Source: a bacterium (lineage in GTDB: Bacteria > Thermosulfidibacterota > Thermosulfidibacteria > Thermosulfidibacterales > B14-G1). From it: a stretch of DNA of 62,616 nt. This document shows, one piece after another, positions 54,463 to 62,616 of the stretch. The stretch is from NCBI GenBank assembly GCA_027020915.1, contig JALUVF010000028.1, positions 1 through 62,616 of the forward strand. Reading direction: 5' to 3'. The position numbers and the translations under genes are program-made. Position 1 is the first letter of the stretch. Each line of letters begins with the position of its first letter. A model generated the notes under the pieces. It had not been told where the DNA came from. It saw nothing but the letters and a program-made list of their open reading frames with translations, and searched no databases.

Positions 54463-54492
54463 CAGGCTGAGGCTGAAGTCGAGGTTGAGGTT
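54463..54492 (+). repeat. copy of the 30-nt GAGGTT-rich motif
   Basis: CAGGCTGAGGCTGAAGTCGAGGTTGAGGTT is 28/30 identical to 304-333 by hand alignment. It lies 3 nt after the uppS stop. Confidence 0.85.
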
Positions 54493-54514
54493 CCTCCTTC
54501 AGCTTTCGTTTGTT
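54472..54514 (+). terminator. rho-independent terminator after uppS (between convergent genes)
   Basis: GCTGAAG (54472-54478) and GAGG (54481-54484) pair with CCTC (54493-54496) and CTTCAGC (54497-54503). The stem is followed by TTTCGTTTGTT. Confidence 0.55.
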
Positions 54515-54515
54515 C

Positions 54516-55868
54516 CTAGGTTCCCGATACCAAATCCAGGATCATCCTGGCCTTCTCCACCACATCCAGGGCATCCCTGCCCAGGACCCGAATCATGGGC
54601 TCCTTGCCCACCTCCCCCTCGTCGTAAATTATGTCCGGCACCCGCCCCATGGAGGAACAGACGGCATCCACCCCCCACTCCAAGGTGGAACCCTCCCGCT
54701 CCTTCACATGGGAAGGCTCGTCCCTCCGGGAAAAGGAGGCCACCTCCAGGGGTGAGGCCTCGAGGAGAGGGATCCACTCCTTATTATATTTGATGTTCAT
54801 GGCAGACCTCACCTCAGGGTCAAACCTCATGGCCGCGAGAACAACCCTGGCCACGTGGCGAGATGCCCCGAAAGCGGGACAACCCACGGCCCTCACGCCC
54901 TCTCCCCAACGGATGATCCTTCCTCTGATACCTGCCACGTCCTCCGGATCCCTGGCCAGGGGAATGGCCTCACAGAGATTGATCTGGACCTCGGGCACCA
55001 GGATGGCGCCCCCCTCCAGGGATTCCAGGAGTTCCAGGGCCCTGGAGAGGCGGTCCAGCACCTCCCCCCTGGCCCTCTCTCTCTCTCCCACGACAAGGGG
55101 ATTGGCCGGAAGAGCCCCTTTCCCCAGGGGAAAAGCCCCTCGGAGATAAAGCTCCACCAGCCTCAGGGTCTCCCTGTAGGCACGAACCATGTCCATCTTC
55201 CGGGCCAGGAAGACGGCCAAAGTGGAGGCAAAGGCACACCCCGTTCCGTGGCTCCCGGCCCCCATGGGAATGCGGGGATGGGCAAAGTGACGGAACCTCT
55301 CCCCGTCGTAGAGGAGATCCACCACCTCCTCACCCTCCAGGTCACCCCCCTTCACCACCACCCACTGGGGACCCCGGGCCTTCAGGCGCCGGGCGGCCTC
55401 TTTCATGTCCTCCATGGTCTTCACCTCCACCCCCGCCAGGACCCCGGCCTCGTAAACATTTGGGGTAACCACGGTAGCCATGGGAAAGAGGCACTCCAAA
55501 AAAGCCCCCCTGGAGCCCTCAAAGAGGTTATCTCCGCTGGTGGACACCAGGACCGGGTCCACCACCAGGAACACCCCCCTGCCCTCCAGACACCGGGCCA
55601 CCACCTGAATATTCTCCGCGCTGCCCAACATACCCGTCTTCACGGCGTGGGGCGTCACGTCCTGGAAGAGAAACTCCATCTGGTCCCTCAAAAAGGATGG
55701 AGCCACGGGTACAAATCCCTTCACCCCGGTGGTGTTCTGCACGGTGAGGGCCGCTATGACCGCCATTCCGTGACAACCCAGCTGGGCGAAGACCCGAAGA
55801 TCCTGCTGGATACCCGCCCCACCCGAAGGATCTGATCCCGCTATGGTCAACAGCACCGGTGGTCTCAA
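54516..55868 (-). CDS. thiDN: bifunctional ThiD kinase (HMP/HMP-P kinase) fused to a ThiN-type thiamine-phosphate synthase domain (ThiDN)
   Basis: The N-terminal half is VLLTIAGSDPSGGAGIQQDLRVFAQLG...VKTGML...VVDPVLVSTSG...GTGCAFASTLA (ThiD). The C-terminal approximately 190 aa (ILVPEVQINLCEA...AFGASRHVARVVLAAMRFDP...RSAMNIKY...EPMIRVLG) resembles archaeal ThiN. The ORF opens at GTG 55940. TTG 55868 is preceded by GAGAGGAGG and gives the typical MRPPVLLTIAGSD start. Confidence 0.85.
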   Translation of the reverse strand: MRPPVLLTIAGSDPSGGAGIQQDLRVFAQLGCHGMAVIAALTVQNTTGVKGFVPVAPSFLRDQMEFLFQDVTPHAVKTGMLGSAENIQVVARCLEGRGVFLVVDPVLVSTSGDNLFEGSRGAFLECLFPMATVVTPNVYEAGVLAGVEVKTMEDMKEAARRLKARGPQWVVVKGGDLEGEEVVDLLYDGERFRHFAHPRIPMGAGSHGTGCAFASTLAVFLARKMDMVRAYRETLRLVELYLRGAFPLGKGALPANPLVVGERERARGEVLDRLSRALELLESLEGGAILVPEVQINLCEAIPLARDPEDVAGIRGRIIRWGEGVRAVGCPAFGASRHVARVVLAAMRFDPEVRSAMNIKYNKEWIPLLEASPLEVASFSRRDEPSHVKEREGSTLEWGVDAVCSSMGRVPDIIYDEGEVGKEPMIRVLGRDALDVVEKARMILDLVSGT

Positions 55869-56104
55869 AGGACACCTCCTCTCGCCTTTCCCCCCAGATA
55901 ACACACCTTTCCCTGCCGCCAAAGACCCGCTAGGGGCCACAGAAAAAACTCATGGCCCGGGAAAAGAAGTCTCATCAAAACCTACTGGCCTGGGAAATAA
56001 GCCCCTACCCCTCTGCCTTGAATATTGCACAAACTATCTGGTAGAGATCTTTCATGGGTGGTCCGGGGACCACCCCATCAAAATTTCTCAAAGGAGGAAG
56101 AGCC

Positions 56105-57349
56105 ATGAGGAGACTAATGAGTGTCTTGGTAGGCGTCCTGTTCTTGGCCATGGCCATAGGCCCCGCCTGGGCAGGCATGGACAAGCTGGTCATCGGCTTC
56201 ACCATGTCTCAAACGGGCAAATTCAACTCCGAGTCCAAAGAGCAGTTCCAGGGACTAAAGCTCTGGGCCAAACAGGTGAACTCAGAGGGCGGCATATTCG
56301 TGAGGACGGTGGGAAGGAGATTTCCCGTAGTCTTCAAGTACTATGACGACGAGAGCAGCAAGGACAGGGTCCAGCAGCTCTACACCAGGCTCATCAGCCA
56401 GGACAAGGCCGACTTCCTCATCAGCCCTTACTCCAGCGGCCTTACAGCCTCTGCCGCCATCATCGCCGAGCAGTACGGCAAGGTGATGATGGCCACGGGT
56501 GCGGCCTCTGACAGCATCTTCAACAAGGGCTACACCCATGTCTTCCAGATCTACACCCCCGCCAGCCGCTACCTCACCGATGCCATGGACATCCTTTCCA
56601 AGGTGGACCCCAAGGCCAAGAGAATCGCCATTGTGTATGAGAACTCCAAGTTCGCCAAGTCCGTCTGCACCTCCGCCAAGAAGTACGCCGAGAAGAAGGG
56701 CTTCAAGGTGGTGCTCTTCGAAGCCTACGATCCCGGCACCACCGACTTCACCAGCTTCATCAACAAGATCAAGGCCACCCACCCCGACGCCATCATTGGC
56801 GGCGGCCACTTCGCCGACGGAGAGACCTTCACCAAGCAGCTCTACGAGCAGAAGGTGAAGGTGAAGCTGGTCTCCCTCCTGGTGGCCCCCGCCGTCCCCG
56901 AGTTCAGCGAGCTGGGCAAGGCCGCCCTTTACGTCACCGGTCCTTCCCAGTGGGAACCCCTGGCCAAGTTCAGCAAAAAAACGGCCAAGAGCAAGTGGTT
57001 CGGCCCATCTTCCAAGGAGTTCACCCAAGCCTACAAGAAGGCCTACGGCTATGTGCCCGGCTACCACGCCGCCGGTGGATACGCTGCCGGTCTTGTCCTC
57101 CAGAAGGCCATTGAAGAGGCCGGCTCCATCAAGACCAATGATGTGAAGAAAGCCCTGGAGAAGATGGACATCACCACTTTCTACGGGAGGATCAAGTTCG
57201 ATACGGGGAAATACTACGGCCGCCAGGTGGGCCACTCCATGGTCTATCTCCAGTGGCAGGAGAAGGGCGGCAAGCTGGTGAAGGAGGTGGTGTGGCCTCT
57301 GGAAGCCAAATCTGCCGACCTGATCTATCCCTTCTACAAGAAGTACTGA
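56105..57349 (+). CDS. livK: ABC transporter substrate-binding protein, branched-chain amino acid (LivK/Peripla_BP_6) family
   Basis: ATG 56105 follows an AGGAGG RBS. The product has a signal peptide (MRRLMSVLVGVLFLAMAIGPAWA) and continues KLVIGFTMSQTGKFNSESKEQFQGLKLWA...ISPYSSG. The ORF-track start at 56054 lies inside a hairpin. Confidence 0.85.
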   Translation: MRRLMSVLVGVLFLAMAIGPAWAGMDKLVIGFTMSQTGKFNSESKEQFQGLKLWAKQVNSEGGIFVRTVGRRFPVVFKYYDDESSKDRVQQLYTRLISQDKADFLISPYSSGLTASAAIIAEQYGKVMMATGAASDSIFNKGYTHVFQIYTPASRYLTDAMDILSKVDPKAKRIAIVYENSKFAKSVCTSAKKYAEKKGFKVVLFEAYDPGTTDFTSFINKIKATHPDAIIGGGHFADGETFTKQLYEQKVKVKLVSLLVAPAVPEFSELGKAALYVTGPSQWEPLAKFSKKTAKSKWFGPSSKEFTQAYKKAYGYVPGYHAAGGYAAGLVLQKAIEEAGSIKTNDVKKALEKMDITTFYGRIKFDTGKYYGRQVGHSMVYLQWQEKGGKLVKEVVWPLEAKSADLIYPFYKKY

Positions 57350-57371
57350 AGACTGAAGACAGGGGGTAAGG

Positions 57372-58229
57372 GTGCTTTCCGCCTGGCTCGGTGCCGTCCT
57401 GAGTGGCATACTCCTGGGTCTTCTCTATGGGTTGGCTGCCATCGGTCTGAACCTGATATGGGGAGTGATGAACGTCATCAACCTCTCCCACGGTGCCTTC
57501 ATCGCCCTGGGAATGTTCTCCTCCTACTTCATGGCCAAATACCTCCATCTATCCCCCTTCATCGGCGTCTTCCTGGTTCTGGCCATGGGGGTGATCCTGG
57601 GCATGGTCACCTACTTCGTCTCCCTCCACAAAATCATCTCCGCCCCCGAACTCTCCACCCTCCTGGCCACCTACTCCGTGAGCCTTGTCATCATAGGACT
57701 GGGGACCTTCATCTTCACCACCAACCCCAGGGCCATAGACATTGCCCTGGGATCAGTGAGCGTGGGAGGCACAGTCCTGCCCACCACCCGGATCCTCACG
57801 GGGATCTTCTCAGTCATCTTCACCCTTTGGCTCTACTACTTCCTCTATAAAACATGGTCGGGCAAGGCCATCAGGGCGGTATCCATGAACCGGGACGCGG
57901 CGGAACTCATGGGGGTGAACACCACCATGGCTCTGGCCCTGGCCTTCGGAATCGGCGTGGCTCTGGCCATGACGGCCGGGGCCCTGGCCGCCACCATCTT
58001 CCCCTTCACCATCCTGTCAGGAGGAGGTTACGAGCTAAAAAGCTTCGTCATCTGCGTGTTGGGAGGCCTGGGAAGCCCCCTGGGTGCCCTCCTGGGGGGC
58101 CTCATCCTGGGCCTCATCGAGAACCTGGTCACCCTGAAAATCGCCACCAGTTACGTGCCCTTCCTGGAATTCGCCATCCTGGTCTTCATCCTCATCGTCA
58201 AACCCACAGGCCTTCTCGCCAGGAGATAG
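57372..58229 (+). CDS. livH: branched-chain amino acid ABC transporter permease (LivH type)
   Basis: The 285-aa polytopic protein begins GILLGLLYGLAAIGLNLIWGVMNVINLSHGAF, a typical LivH N-terminus. GTG start. Confidence 0.9.
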   Translation: MLSAWLGAVLSGILLGLLYGLAAIGLNLIWGVMNVINLSHGAFIALGMFSSYFMAKYLHLSPFIGVFLVLAMGVILGMVTYFVSLHKIISAPELSTLLATYSVSLVIIGLGTFIFTTNPRAIDIALGSVSVGGTVLPTTRILTGIFSVIFTLWLYYFLYKTWSGKAIRAVSMNRDAAELMGVNTTMALALAFGIGVALAMTAGALAATIFPFTILSGGGYELKSFVICVLGGLGSPLGALLGGLILGLIENLVTLKIATSYVPFLEFAILVFILIVKPTGLLARR

Positions 58230-58232
58230 ACC

Positions 58233-59195
58233 ATGGGTAAAGGGAAAACCCTCTTCTGGCTCATCCCCCTGCTCCTTGTCATCGTCGCCATACCGGGTGT
58301 ATCGGGATCGGTCACTGCCAGGGAAGGTGTCTTCCTCATCCTCATGTACGTCACCCTGGCGGTGAGCCTGAACATTATCCTGGGATACACGGGGTACGTA
58401 AGTTTCGGTCACATAGTCTTCTACGGCATTGGAGGCTATGTGGCCTTCTACCTCATGATATTCCACGGTGTGCACCTCATACCCGCCATGATTGCAGGGG
58501 GTATAGGGGCGGCCCTGGCGGCCTTCGCCCTGGGAGAAGCGGTCCTCAGACTGAGAGGGGCCTTCTTCGCCATCGCCACCATCGGAGTGAACGAAGCGGT
58601 GAAGGCCCTGGTGAACAACCTGAACTTCATCGGAGGGGCGGAGGGCCTCTTTTTCAACTTCAGTATCTACAAGACCTACGGAGGGGCCGCCAGAGCCATC
58701 TGGTTCTCCTACTACACCATGGCCACTGTCACCGTGGTCACCATTGTGGCCGCATACCTCATCAAGAAATCCAAGTTCGGCCTGGGCCTCATGGCCATCA
58801 GGGAGGACGAAGACGCCGCCATCATCCTGGGGGTGAATGCCAAGAGATACAAGAGCCTGGCCTATGCGGCTTCGGCCTTCTTCCCCGGCATGGTGGGGGC
58901 CGTATTCTTCTTCAAAGCGGGAAACATTGAGCCCCACGACGCCTTCCATCTCATGAAGTCCATTGAGATGATATTCATGGTGATGCTGGGAGGCTACGGC
59001 AACGTCACGGGAGCCGTGACCGGCGCCTTGGTATACGAAAGGCTGAAAGGATTCCTCCTGGTGAATCCCCTCTTCAAGAACCTCCACATGGCCATCTCCG
59101 GTGTCATTCTCCTCCTCATCGTCCTCTTCATGCCCCAGGGTATCATCGGCTTCATAAGAGACAAATCCAAAAAACTCAGGGAGTTGCTGGAATGA
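58233..59195 (+). CDS. livM: branched-chain amino acid ABC transporter permease (LivM type)
   Basis: The 320-aa polytopic protein contains LAVSLNIILGYTGYVSFGHIVFYGIGGY...IREDEDAAIILGVN. Confidence 0.9.
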   Translation: MGKGKTLFWLIPLLLVIVAIPGVSGSVTAREGVFLILMYVTLAVSLNIILGYTGYVSFGHIVFYGIGGYVAFYLMIFHGVHLIPAMIAGGIGAALAAFALGEAVLRLRGAFFAIATIGVNEAVKALVNNLNFIGGAEGLFFNFSIYKTYGGAARAIWFSYYTMATVTVVTIVAAYLIKKSKFGLGLMAIREDEDAAIILGVNAKRYKSLAYAASAFFPGMVGAVFFFKAGNIEPHDAFHLMKSIEMIFMVMLGGYGNVTGAVTGALVYERLKGFLLVNPLFKNLHMAISGVILLLIVLFMPQGIIGFIRDKSKKLRELLE

Positions 59196-59950
59196 TCCTC
59201 CAGGTAGAAGACGTGACCAAAACCTTTGGAGGCCTTGTGGCCCTCAGCGACGTCACCTTCCAGGTGGAAGAGGGAGAGATCCTGGGCATCATCGGACCCA
59301 ACGGGGCAGGCAAAACCACCCTCTTCAACGCCATCAGCGGGGTATTCAAGATAGACAAGGGCAAGGTGACCTTCAAGGGCAAAGAGATCACCAGGCTGCC
59401 CCCCAACCAGAGGGCCCGGCTGGGCATAGCCCGAACCCACCAGATCGTGAAACCCCTCAACGACCTCACCGTGGTGGAGAACGTCATGGTGGGAGCCTGC
59501 TTCGGCCAGGGCAACGCCAGCCTGGCCGAAGCCAGGGACAAGGCCATGGAGGTCCTGGAGTTCGTAGGGCTCCAGGAAAAATGGGAGGTCCTGGCGGGCA
59601 AGCTCAACGTACCTGAAAAGAAACGCCTGGAGATGGCCCGGGCCCTGGCCTCGGACCCCCATCTCATCCTCCTGGACGAGGTGCTGGCGGGGCTCAACCC
59701 CATGGAAGTCTCCAGCATGCTGGAGGTGATCAAGGCTATTCGGGAGAAGGGCATCACCATCCTCATGATAGAGCACCTCATGCACGCCATCATGAACGTG
59801 TCCGACAGGGTCATGGCCCTGGTATACGGGCGCAAGGTCTCCGAGGGCCCTCCCCAGGAGGTGGCCAACAACCCCCAGGTGGTGGAGGCCTATCTGGGCG
59901 ACCCGGATCTTGCCCTGAAGCTCTTCAAGGACAAGAGGAGGAGGGGATGA
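59192..59950 (+). CDS. livG: branched-chain amino acid ABC transporter ATP-binding protein (LivG type)
   Basis: KTFGGLVALSDV...GIIGPNGAGKTTLFN...ARTHQ...LILLDEVLAGLNP...IEHLMH...NPQVVEAYLG. Confidence 0.9.
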   Translation: MILQVEDVTKTFGGLVALSDVTFQVEEGEILGIIGPNGAGKTTLFNAISGVFKIDKGKVTFKGKEITRLPPNQRARLGIARTHQIVKPLNDLTVVENVMVGACFGQGNASLAEARDKAMEVLEFVGLQEKWEVLAGKLNVPEKKRLEMARALASDPHLILLDEVLAGLNPMEVSSMLEVIKAIREKGITILMIEHLMHAIMNVSDRVMALVYGRKVSEGPPQEVANNPQVVEAYLGDPDLALKLFKDKRRRG

Positions 59951-60666
59951 TGGACCAGCCAACCCTGAAAGTGGAGAACCTGGAAACGGGTTACGGAGAA
60001 GTCCAGATCCTGTGGGGCATCGACCTGGAAGTCCCCCCGGGCAATCTCACCACCATCCTGGGAGCCAACGGCGCGGGCAAGACCACCCTCCTCAGGGCCA
60101 TCACCGGCATCCTTCCCGTCTGGAAGGGGAAGGTGACCTTCCATGGGGAAGACATCACCCACCTATCCCCCCACCACAGGGCATCCCTGGGCCTGGTCAT
60201 GATTCCCGAGGGGCGCATGATCTTCCCCGAAATGACGGTTCTGGAAAACCTGGAGATGGGCGCCTTCACCAAAAGGGCCCGGGCCGGATTGAAAGAGAAC
60301 ATGGAATACGCCCTCTCCCTCTTTCCCAGGTTGAAAGAGCGGCTGGAACAGAAAGCGGGCACCATGAGCGGAGGTGAACAGCAGATGCTGGCCATCGCCC
60401 GGGGACTCATGGCCGACCCCCGGGTCCTCATATTCGACGAACCCAGCCTGGGACTGGCCCCCAAACTGGTCATAGAAGTCTTCGAAACCATCCAGAAACT
60501 GAAAGAAGAAGGGGTCACCATGCTCCTGGTGGAACAGAACGTCCACCTCTCCCTGGCCCTCACGGATTACGCCTACGTCCTGGCCGAGGGGAAGGTGGTC
60601 ATGGAAGGAACCGGAGAAGAGCTGGAAGAATCGGAAGAGGTAAAAAAGGCCTACCTGGGAGCATGA
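59947..60666 (+). CDS. livF: branched-chain amino acid ABC transporter ATP-binding protein (LivF type)
   Basis: LKVENLETGYGEVQILWGI...ILGANGAGKTTLL...MSGGEQQMLAIARGLMADP...LVEQNV...EVKKAYLG. Confidence 0.9.
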   Translation: MMDQPTLKVENLETGYGEVQILWGIDLEVPPGNLTTILGANGAGKTTLLRAITGILPVWKGKVTFHGEDITHLSPHHRASLGLVMIPEGRMIFPEMTVLENLEMGAFTKRARAGLKENMEYALSLFPRLKERLEQKAGTMSGGEQQMLAIARGLMADPRVLIFDEPSLGLAPKLVIEVFETIQKLKEEGVTMLLVEQNVHLSLALTDYAYVLAEGKVVMEGTGEELEESEEVKKAYLGA

Positions 60667-60682
60667 TGCCGGGGGTCAGGTC

Positions 60683-61936
60683 TTGAAGCTCAAGATCACC
60701 AGGGCCTTCCGAGGGAGGGGCCTGATCTCTCCCTGGAAACCCCTCCTGGGGTTCCTGGCTATCACCCTCCTCACCCTTTCCCCCTCTCAGGGAGCCCACG
60801 CCCAGAACTGGAAGGTGGCCATAGTGCTACCCATCACCGGCCCCCTGAGCCCCATAGGAGAGAGATTAAAAAGAGGCTACCAGCTGGCCATCCACGAAGC
60901 CCAAGAGAAGGGCCGGGAGCTTCAGATCGTGTGGATAGACGAAAGGCTCCTTGAGGACCAAAAGAGCCGCCAGATCGTATCGGAGACCCTGAAAGACCCC
61001 GCCGTCCTCGCCGTACTGGGTGCCTACTCCAGCCACGCCACATTCACCCTGGCAGGGATAGCCGAAAGGGTACCCCTGCCCCTCATCATCCCCTCCTCCA
61101 TGGCGGATCGCCTCACCCGTCAGGGCTACCAGTGGGTTTTCAGGGTGTGTCCCTCCAACAGCCAGTACCTGAAAGAGTTTGTCACCTTCCTCACCTCCCT
61201 CTTCCTCTCCCCTCCTCCTTCCGCCCTGATCTACGAAGACACCCCGTGGGGCAGGGAGCTCCAGGAGAAGCTCAGCGGGTTCCTGAAAGAGACGGGGGGC
61301 AAAGGTCCCCTCCTTTTGCCCTACACCCCCGGGGGCAATCACTACCCCGAAATCATGGAATCCCTGGAGAAGAAAGGCCCCTCCCTGGTCATCCTCCTAT
61401 CATCGGCCTCCGACACCCTGACCCTCTACAGGAACATCCGTCTCCGGGGCCTCCCCTGCCTCGTGGCCAGCGGAGGCATGGGCCTCTCCTACCCCAGCCT
61501 CATGAAGGAAGCCCCTCCCCCCATATCGGGCCTGGTGTTTCCCTCCCCCTGGATACCCCAGGCCCCCTGGCCGGAGGCCCGGACCTTCACCAGGAACTAC
61601 GCCAGGTTCCACAAAAGCCTCCCCGACTACCATGCAGCCGAGGCCTACTCCTCCCTCTCCGTCCTCCTCACCGCCCTGGAGAGAGGAGATTGCCTCCCCG
61701 GCACATCCAGGTGCAGGAGAAAGATCAAAAGGATACTGGAGAGAGAGACCTTCGCCACCCCCCTGGGACCCGTGAGATTCACCAGCAGAGAAGGATACAC
61801 CCACCAGAACCACCTGGCTCCCCTCATCATCCAGATCCAGGGGAGAAGGCCCGTTGTGGTTTACCCACCCCGGGCCGCCACGGGAAAGATCCAACTTCCC
61901 AGGGAGCAGGGGCCATCCACCAGGCACCAACGTTGA
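60683..61936 (+). CDS. second Peripla_BP_6-type substrate-binding protein (divergent LivK paralogue)
   Basis: TTG start. After a long N-terminal signal-like region (LLGFLAITLLTLSPSQGAHA), the product continues WKVAIVLPITGPLSPIGERLKRGYQLAIHEA...VLGAYSSHATFTLAGIAER. Confidence 0.75.
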   Translation: MKLKITRAFRGRGLISPWKPLLGFLAITLLTLSPSQGAHAQNWKVAIVLPITGPLSPIGERLKRGYQLAIHEAQEKGRELQIVWIDERLLEDQKSRQIVSETLKDPAVLAVLGAYSSHATFTLAGIAERVPLPLIIPSSMADRLTRQGYQWVFRVCPSNSQYLKEFVTFLTSLFLSPPPSALIYEDTPWGRELQEKLSGFLKETGGKGPLLLPYTPGGNHYPEIMESLEKKGPSLVILLSSASDTLTLYRNIRLRGLPCLVASGGMGLSYPSLMKEAPPPISGLVFPSPWIPQAPWPEARTFTRNYARFHKSLPDYHAAEAYSSLSVLLTALERGDCLPGTSRCRRKIKRILERETFATPLGPVRFTSREGYTHQNHLAPLIIQIQGRRPVVVYPPRAATGKIQLPREQGPSTRHQR

Positions 61937-61948
61937 GGCGAGAGCCCC

Positions 61949-62616
61949 TCACCTGGACCCTTTGGGGCCACCACTCCCCTCCACCGCCCTTTGCAAGTCC
62001 AGCACGGGATATCCTCTCCTCCCCCTGGAGACACCCACCACCATTCGCCTCAGCTGCCGGGCCGAGAAAGAAGGGAAGAGGCGCTTCAATCTGGCCACCC
62101 CTGCCGTCACTATGGCGGCGGCCATGGAAGCCCCCGATACAAACCCGTAATCGTTGCCGGGCAGGGTGGTGAATATGTCCTCTCCCGGAGCCCAAAGGTC
62201 CGCCTTTCCCCCTCCAAAGGGCTCACCCCTGGCGTCCAGGGCCCCCACTCCCAAAACAAATGGGAAGGCCGCCGGATAACCGGGCCTGCCCCTCACCCTG
62301 GAAGAGGCGGCCACCACCAGCACCCCCCTCCCGGTGAGAGCCTTGAGAGCCCTCTCCAGAAGGGAATCGTAGCCTCCCCCCAGACTCATGTTCACCACGT
62401 CAGGGGTCCTGGAGGCCAACAGGTCCAGGGCCTTCAAAAGGACAAAGGTGGTAGTCTCCCCCCTTCCTCCCGCTTCCCAACAGGCCCTCACGTAGTAGAT
62501 CCGGGCGAAAGGAGCCAGACCACATATCCCTATCCCGTTGCCACATCGGGCCCCCAGGACACCCAGGACCTCAGTCCCATGGGACTCTTTGGCAAACCCC
62601 TTCCCTTTTCCCCTCA
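61949..62616 (-). CDS. subtilisin-like serine peptidase (S8 family), C-terminal part (5' end beyond window)
   Basis: The reading frame stays open upstream of the listed GTG 62491 to the window edge. The catalytic-His motif is ...ESHGTEVLGVLGARCGNGIGICGLAP, the Asn region is VVNMSLGG, and the Ser motif is GFVSGASMAAAIVTAG. Confidence 0.8.
   Translation of the reverse strand, partial: RGKGKGFAKESHGTEVLGVLGARCGNGIGICGLAPFARIYYVRACWEAGGRGETTTFVLLKALDLLASRTPDVVNMSLGGGYDSLLERALKALTGRGVLVVAASSRVRGRPGYPAAFPFVLGVGALDARGEPFGGGKADLWAPGEDIFTTLPGNDYGFVSGASMAAAIVTAGVARLKRLFPSFSARQLRRMVVGVSRGRRGYPVLDLQRAVEGSGGPKGSR

Noticed and set aside
55869-56104. A search for a TPP riboswitch upstream of thiDN, and likewise at 19113-19194 upstream of thi4
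   Set aside because: Neither strand contains the conserved CUGAGA and ACCUGAUCUGGAUAAUGCCAGCG-like THI-box core. The thi4 leader is also too short at 82 nt. This should still be confirmed with a covariance model.
61132-62172. A 346-aa plus-strand ORF spanning the end of the second binding-protein gene and the S8 peptidase gene
   Set aside because: Its composition is extremely rich in Pro, Arg, Gly and His. It is out of frame with a well-supported Peripla_BP_6 gene and antisense to the peptidase gene.
1-62616. A window-wide scan for rRNA, tRNA, transposase, integrase or phage genes, CRISPR repeats and DnaA-box clusters
   Set aside because: No intergenic gap has tRNA-like T-arm or acceptor features. 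No ORF shows DDE-transposase, tyrosine-recombinase or serine-recombinase motifs. Only isolated near-matches to TTATCCACA occur (for example 432-440). Nothing supports a mobile element or a replication origin.

Overview
This 62.6-kb window is GC-rich and densely coding. The proteins are rich in Glu, Lys, Arg and Leu, which suggests a thermophile. An outer-membrane beta-barrel, lipobox lipoproteins and NfnAB/ferredoxin genes suggest a diderm anaerobe. I support about 66 protein-coding genes and one ncRNA, a 6S RNA downstream of zapA. One gene, prfB, needs a programmed +1 frameshift. A 56-aa ferredoxin falls below the ORF-track size cutoff. I also call several sigma70-like promoters and rho-independent terminators. 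I found no rRNA, tRNA, CRISPR array, transposase or integrase.

Most of the window is housekeeping:
- DNA repair and recombination: mutS2, ruvCAB, rarA, xseA.
- RNA metabolism: rng, rny-ymdB.
- Translation block: prfB, rpsB-tsf-pyrH-frr-uppS.
- Biosynthesis and redox: metH, folD, nfnAB, dapL.
- Thiamine, polyamine and branched-chain amino-acid ABC transport genes.

I see no compelling evidence for a wholly new multi-gene system. The leads worth a second look are:
1. A divergent IclR-nitrilase / CoA-transferase-glutaryl-CoA dehydrogenase module.
2. A secreted FG-GAP beta-propeller gene next to a 533-aa beta-barrel gene whose leader is purine-rich with a G-quadruplex motif.
3. An archaeal-style thiamine gene set (Thi4, ThiDN) alongside ThiC and ThiE, with no recognisable TPP riboswitch.
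4. A speH-pdaD-speE polyamine module with a PuuR-like regulator and a coupled CDP-alcohol phosphatidyltransferase.
5. A 30-nt GAGGTT-rich motif present at three loci, once in frame inside rimO.
6. A DUF3782-nuclease/HicBA mini-island followed by an odd CACTATA-type low-complexity spacer.
7. A receiver-domain gene translationally coupled to a PUA-like protein of unknown function.

The many long antisense ORFs in the track are GC-driven artefacts.
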